Positions 50,270 to 64,000 of a stretch of DNA of 64,000 bases are shown piece by piece. The translations under genes and the position numbers were made by a program. How positions within the stretch are numbered: the first letter of the stretch is position 1; each line of letters starts with the position of its first letter. Location: assembly GCF_009914755.1 (NCBI RefSeq), contig NC_060937.1; one strand, given 5' to 3'. The DNA comes from the human T2T-CHM13v2.0 reference genome, Homo sapiens. Below the pieces are notes generated by a model that saw nothing but the letters and a program-made list of their open reading frames with translations, was not told the DNA's origin and did not search any database.

Positions 50270-52099
50270 CTATGTATGTACGTATGTATGTATGTATGTG
50301 AGTGAGATGGGTTTCGGGGTTCTATCATGTTGCCCACGCTGGTCTCGAACTCCTGTCCTCAAGCAATCCGCCTGCCTGCCTCGGCCGCCCACACTGCTGC
50401 TATTACAGGCGTGAGACGCTGCGCCTGGCTCCTTCTACATTTGCCTGCCTGCCTGCCTGCCTGCCTATCAATCGTCTTCTTTTTAGTACGGATGTGCTCT
50501 CGCTTTATTGTCCATGCTCTGGGCACACGTGGTCTCTTTTCAAACTTCTATGATTATTATTATTGTAGGCGTCATCTCACGTGTCGAGGTGATCTCGAAC
50601 TTTTAGGCTCCAGAGATCCTCCCGCATCGGCCTCCCGGAGTGCTGTGATGACACGCGTGGGCACGGTACGCTCTGGTCGTGTTTGTCGTGGGTCGGTTCT
50701 TTCCGTTTTTAATACGGGGACTGCGAACGAAGAAAATTTTCAGACGCATCTCACCGATCCGCCTTTTCGTTCTTTCTTTTTATTCTCTTTAGACGGAGTT
50801 TCACTCTTGTCGCCCAGGGTGGAGTACGATGGCGGCTCTCGGCTCACCGCACCCTCCGCCTCCCAGGTTCAAGTGATTCTCCTGCCTCAGCCTTCCCGAG
50901 TAGCTGGAATGACAGAGATGAGCCATCGTGCCCGGCTAATTTTTCTATTTTTACTACAGATGGGGTTTCTCCATCTTGGTCAGGCTGGTCTTCAACTTCC
51001 GACCGTTGGAGAATCTTAACTTTCTTGGTGGTGGTTGTTTTCCTTTTTCTTTTTTTTTCTTTTCTTTTCTTTCCTTCTCCTCCCCCCCCCACCCCCCTTG
51101 TCGTCGTCCTCCTCCTCCTCCTCCTCCTCCTCCTCCTCCTCCTCCTCCTCCTCTTTCATTTCTTTCAGCTGGGCTCTCCTACTTGTGTTGCTCTGTTGCT
51201 CACGCTGGTCTCAAACTCCTGGCCTTGACGCTTCTCCCGTCACATCCGCCGTCTGGTTGTTGAAATGAGCATCTCTCGTAAAATGGAAAAGATGAAAGAA
51301 ATAAACACGAAGACGGAAAGCACGGTGTGAACGTTTCTCTTGCCGTCTCCCGGGGTGTACCTTGGACCCGGAAACACGGAGGGAGCTTGGCTGAGTGGGT
51401 TTTCGGTGCCGAAACCTCCCGAGGGCCTCCTTCCCTCTCCCCCTTGTCCCCGCTTCTCCCCCAGCCGAGGCTCCCACCGCCGCCCTGGCATTTTCCATAG
51501 GAGAGGTATGGGAGAGGACTGACACGCCTTCCAGATCTATATCCTGCCGGACGTCTCTGGCTCGGCGTGCCCCACCGGCTACCTGCCACCTTCCAGGGAG
51601 CTCTGAGGCGGATGCGACCCCCACCCCCCCGTCACGTCCCGCTACCCTCCCCCGGCTGGCCTTTGCCGGGCGACCCCAGGGGAACCGCGTTGATGCTGCC
51701 TTCGGATCCTCCGGCGAAGACTTCCACCGGATGCCCCGGGTGGGCCGGTTGGGATCAGACTGGACCACCCCGGACCGTGCTGTTCTTGGGGGTGGGTTGA
51801 CGTACAGGGTGGACTGGCAGCCCCAGCATTGTAAAGGGTGCGTGGGTATGGAAATGTCACCTAGGATGCCCTCCTTCCCTTCGGTCTGCCTTCAGCTGCC
51901 TCAGGCGTGAAGACAACTTCCCATCGGAACCTCTTCTCTTCCCTTTCTCCAGCACACAGATGAGACGCACGAGAGGGAGAAACAGCTCAATAGATACCGC
52001 TGACCTTCATTTGTGGAATCCTCAGTCATCGACACACAAGACAGGTGACTAGGCAGGGACACAGATCAAACACTATTTCCGGGTCCTCGTGGTGGGATT

Positions 52100-52156
<57 letters not shown>

Positions 52157-52826
52157 CGCGCACGCGCGCACACACACACACAATTTCCATATCTAGTTCA
52201 GAGAGCACACTCACTTCCCCCTTTCACAGTACGCAGGCTGAGTAAAACCCGCCCCACCCTCCACCCGTTGGCTGACGAAACCCCTTCTCTACAATTTATG
52301 AAAAAGATGATCTGGGCCGGGCACGCTAGCTCACGCCTGTCACTCCGGCACTTTGGGAGGCCGAGGCGGGTGGATCGCTTGGGGCCGGGAGTTCGAGACC
52401 AGGCTGGCCGACGTGGCGAAACCCCGTCTCTCTGAAAAATAGAACGATTAGCCGGGCCTGGTGGCGTGGGCTTGGAATCACGACCGCTCGGGAGACTGGG
52501 GCGGGCGACTTGTTCCAACCGGGGAGGCCGAGGTTGCGATGAGCTGAGATCGTGCCGTGGCGATGCGGCCTGGATGACGGAGCGAGACCCCGTGTCGAGA
52601 GAATCATGATGTTATTATAAGATGAGTTGTGCGCGGTGATGGCCGCCTGTAGTCGCGGCTACTCGGGAGGCTGAGACGAGGAGAAGATCACTTGAGGCCC
52701 CACAGGTCGAGGCTTCGGTCGGCCGTGACCCACTGTATCCTGGGCAGTCACCGGTCAAGGAGATATGCCCCTTCCCCGTTTGCTTTTCTTTTCTTCCCTT
52801 CTCTTTTCTTCTTTTTGCTTCTCTTT

Positions 52827-52878
<52 letters not shown>

Positions 52879-53698
52879 TTTCTCTCTTCCCCTCTTTCTT
52901 TCCTGCCTTCCTGCCTTTCTTCTTTTCTTCTTTCCTCCCTTCCTCCCTTCCTTCTTTCCTCCCGCCTCAGCCTCCCAAAGTGCTGGGATGACTGGCGTGA
53001 GGCACCATGCCTGCTTGGCCCAAAGAGACCCTCTTGGAAAGTGAGACGCAGAGAGCGCCTTCCAGTGATCTCATTGACTGATTTAGAGACGGCATCTCGC
53101 TCCGTCACCCCGGCAGTGGTGCCGTCGTAACTCACTCCCTGCAGCGTGGACGCTCCTGGACTCGAGCGATCCTTCCACCTCAGCCTCCAGAGTACAGAGC
53201 CTGGGACCGCGGGCACGCGCCACTGTGCCCACACCGTTTTTAATTGGTTTTTTTTTCCCCCGAGACAGAGTTTCACTCTCGTGGCCTAGACTGCAGTGCG
53301 GTGGCGCGATCTTGGCTCACCGCAACCTCTGCCTCCCGGTTTCAAGCGATTCTCCTGCATCGGCCTCCTGAGTAGCCGGGATTGCGGGCATGCGCTGCCA
53401 CGTCTGGCTGATTTCGTATTTTTAGTGGAGACGGGGCTTCTCCATGTCGATCGGGCTGGTTTCGAACTCCCGACCTCAGGTGATCCGCCCTCCCCGGCCT
53501 CCGGAAGTGCTGGGATGACAGGCGTGAGCCACCGCGCCCGGCCTTCATTTTTAAATGTTTTCCCACAGACGGGGTCTCATCATTTCTTTGCAACCCTCCT
53601 GCCCGGCGTCTCAAAGTGCTGGCGTGACGGGCGTGAGCCACTGCGCCTGGACTCCGGGGAATGACTCACGACCACCATCGCTCTACTGATCCTTTCTC

Positions 53699-53746
<48 letters not shown>

Positions 53747-54217
53747 GATGAATTATCTTATGATTTATTTGTGTACTTATTTTCAGACGGAGTCTCGCTC
53801 TGGGCGGGGCGAGGCGAGGCGAGGCACAGCGCATCGCTTTGGAAGCCGCGGCAACGCCTTTCAAAGCCCCATTCGTATGCACAGAGCCTTATTCCCTTCC
53901 TGGAGTTGGAGCTGATGCCTTCCGTAGCCTTGGGCTTCTCTCCATTCGGAAGCTTTGACAGGCGCAACCCCACCCAGAGGCTGGCTGCGGCTGAGGATTA
54001 GGGGGTGTGTTGGGGCTGAAAACTGGGTCCCCTATTTTTGATACCTCAGCCGACACATCCCCCGACCGCCATCGCTTGCTCGCCCTCTGAGATCCCCCGC
54101 CTCCACCGCCTTGCAGGCTCACCTCTTACTTTCATTTCTTCCTTTCTTGCGTTTGAGGAGGGGGTGCGGGAATGAGGGTGTGTGTGGGGAGGGGGTGCGG
54201 GGTGGGGACGGAGGGGA
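49201..54217 (+). repeat. Second copy of spacer segment 2231-7247 (Alus and microsatellites)
   Basis: Identical ORF track at +46970. Confidence 0.95.

Positions 54218-64000
<9,783 letters not shown>

Overview
Eukaryotic DNA: a primate (human-type) 45S/47S ribosomal DNA tandem array. The window holds about 1.36 units with a period of 46,970 bp (1-17030 recurs at 46971-64000). Order on the + strand: end of the terminator (R-repeat/Sal box) region; intergenic spacer with two Long/Butterfly repeats, kb-scale CT tracts, ~20 Alu elements/fragments, a CDC27 processed pseudogene (- strand) and the RGC p53 site; spacer promoter, T0 and Pol I promoter (TSS 32743); 5'ETS, 18S (36398-38266), ITS1, 5.8S (39349-39505), ITS2, 28S (40674-45758), 3'ETS; four R-repeats; start of the next spacer. 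No functional protein-coding gene is supported. Most interesting observations: (1) the same TGTAATCCC>TGTCATCCC change in the left arm of most spacer Alus of different subfamilies; (2) a dispersed, diverged module with CTCF-like and RFX-like motifs, in four copies, one just upstream of the spacer promoter; (3) the CDC27 retrocopy appears to be 3.8 kb with target-site duplications and a poly(A) tail, and looks derived from an intron-polyadenylated transcript; (4) this unit is a long morph, explained by two recent internal duplications. All coordinates were read by eye; Alu and repeat edges are approximate.
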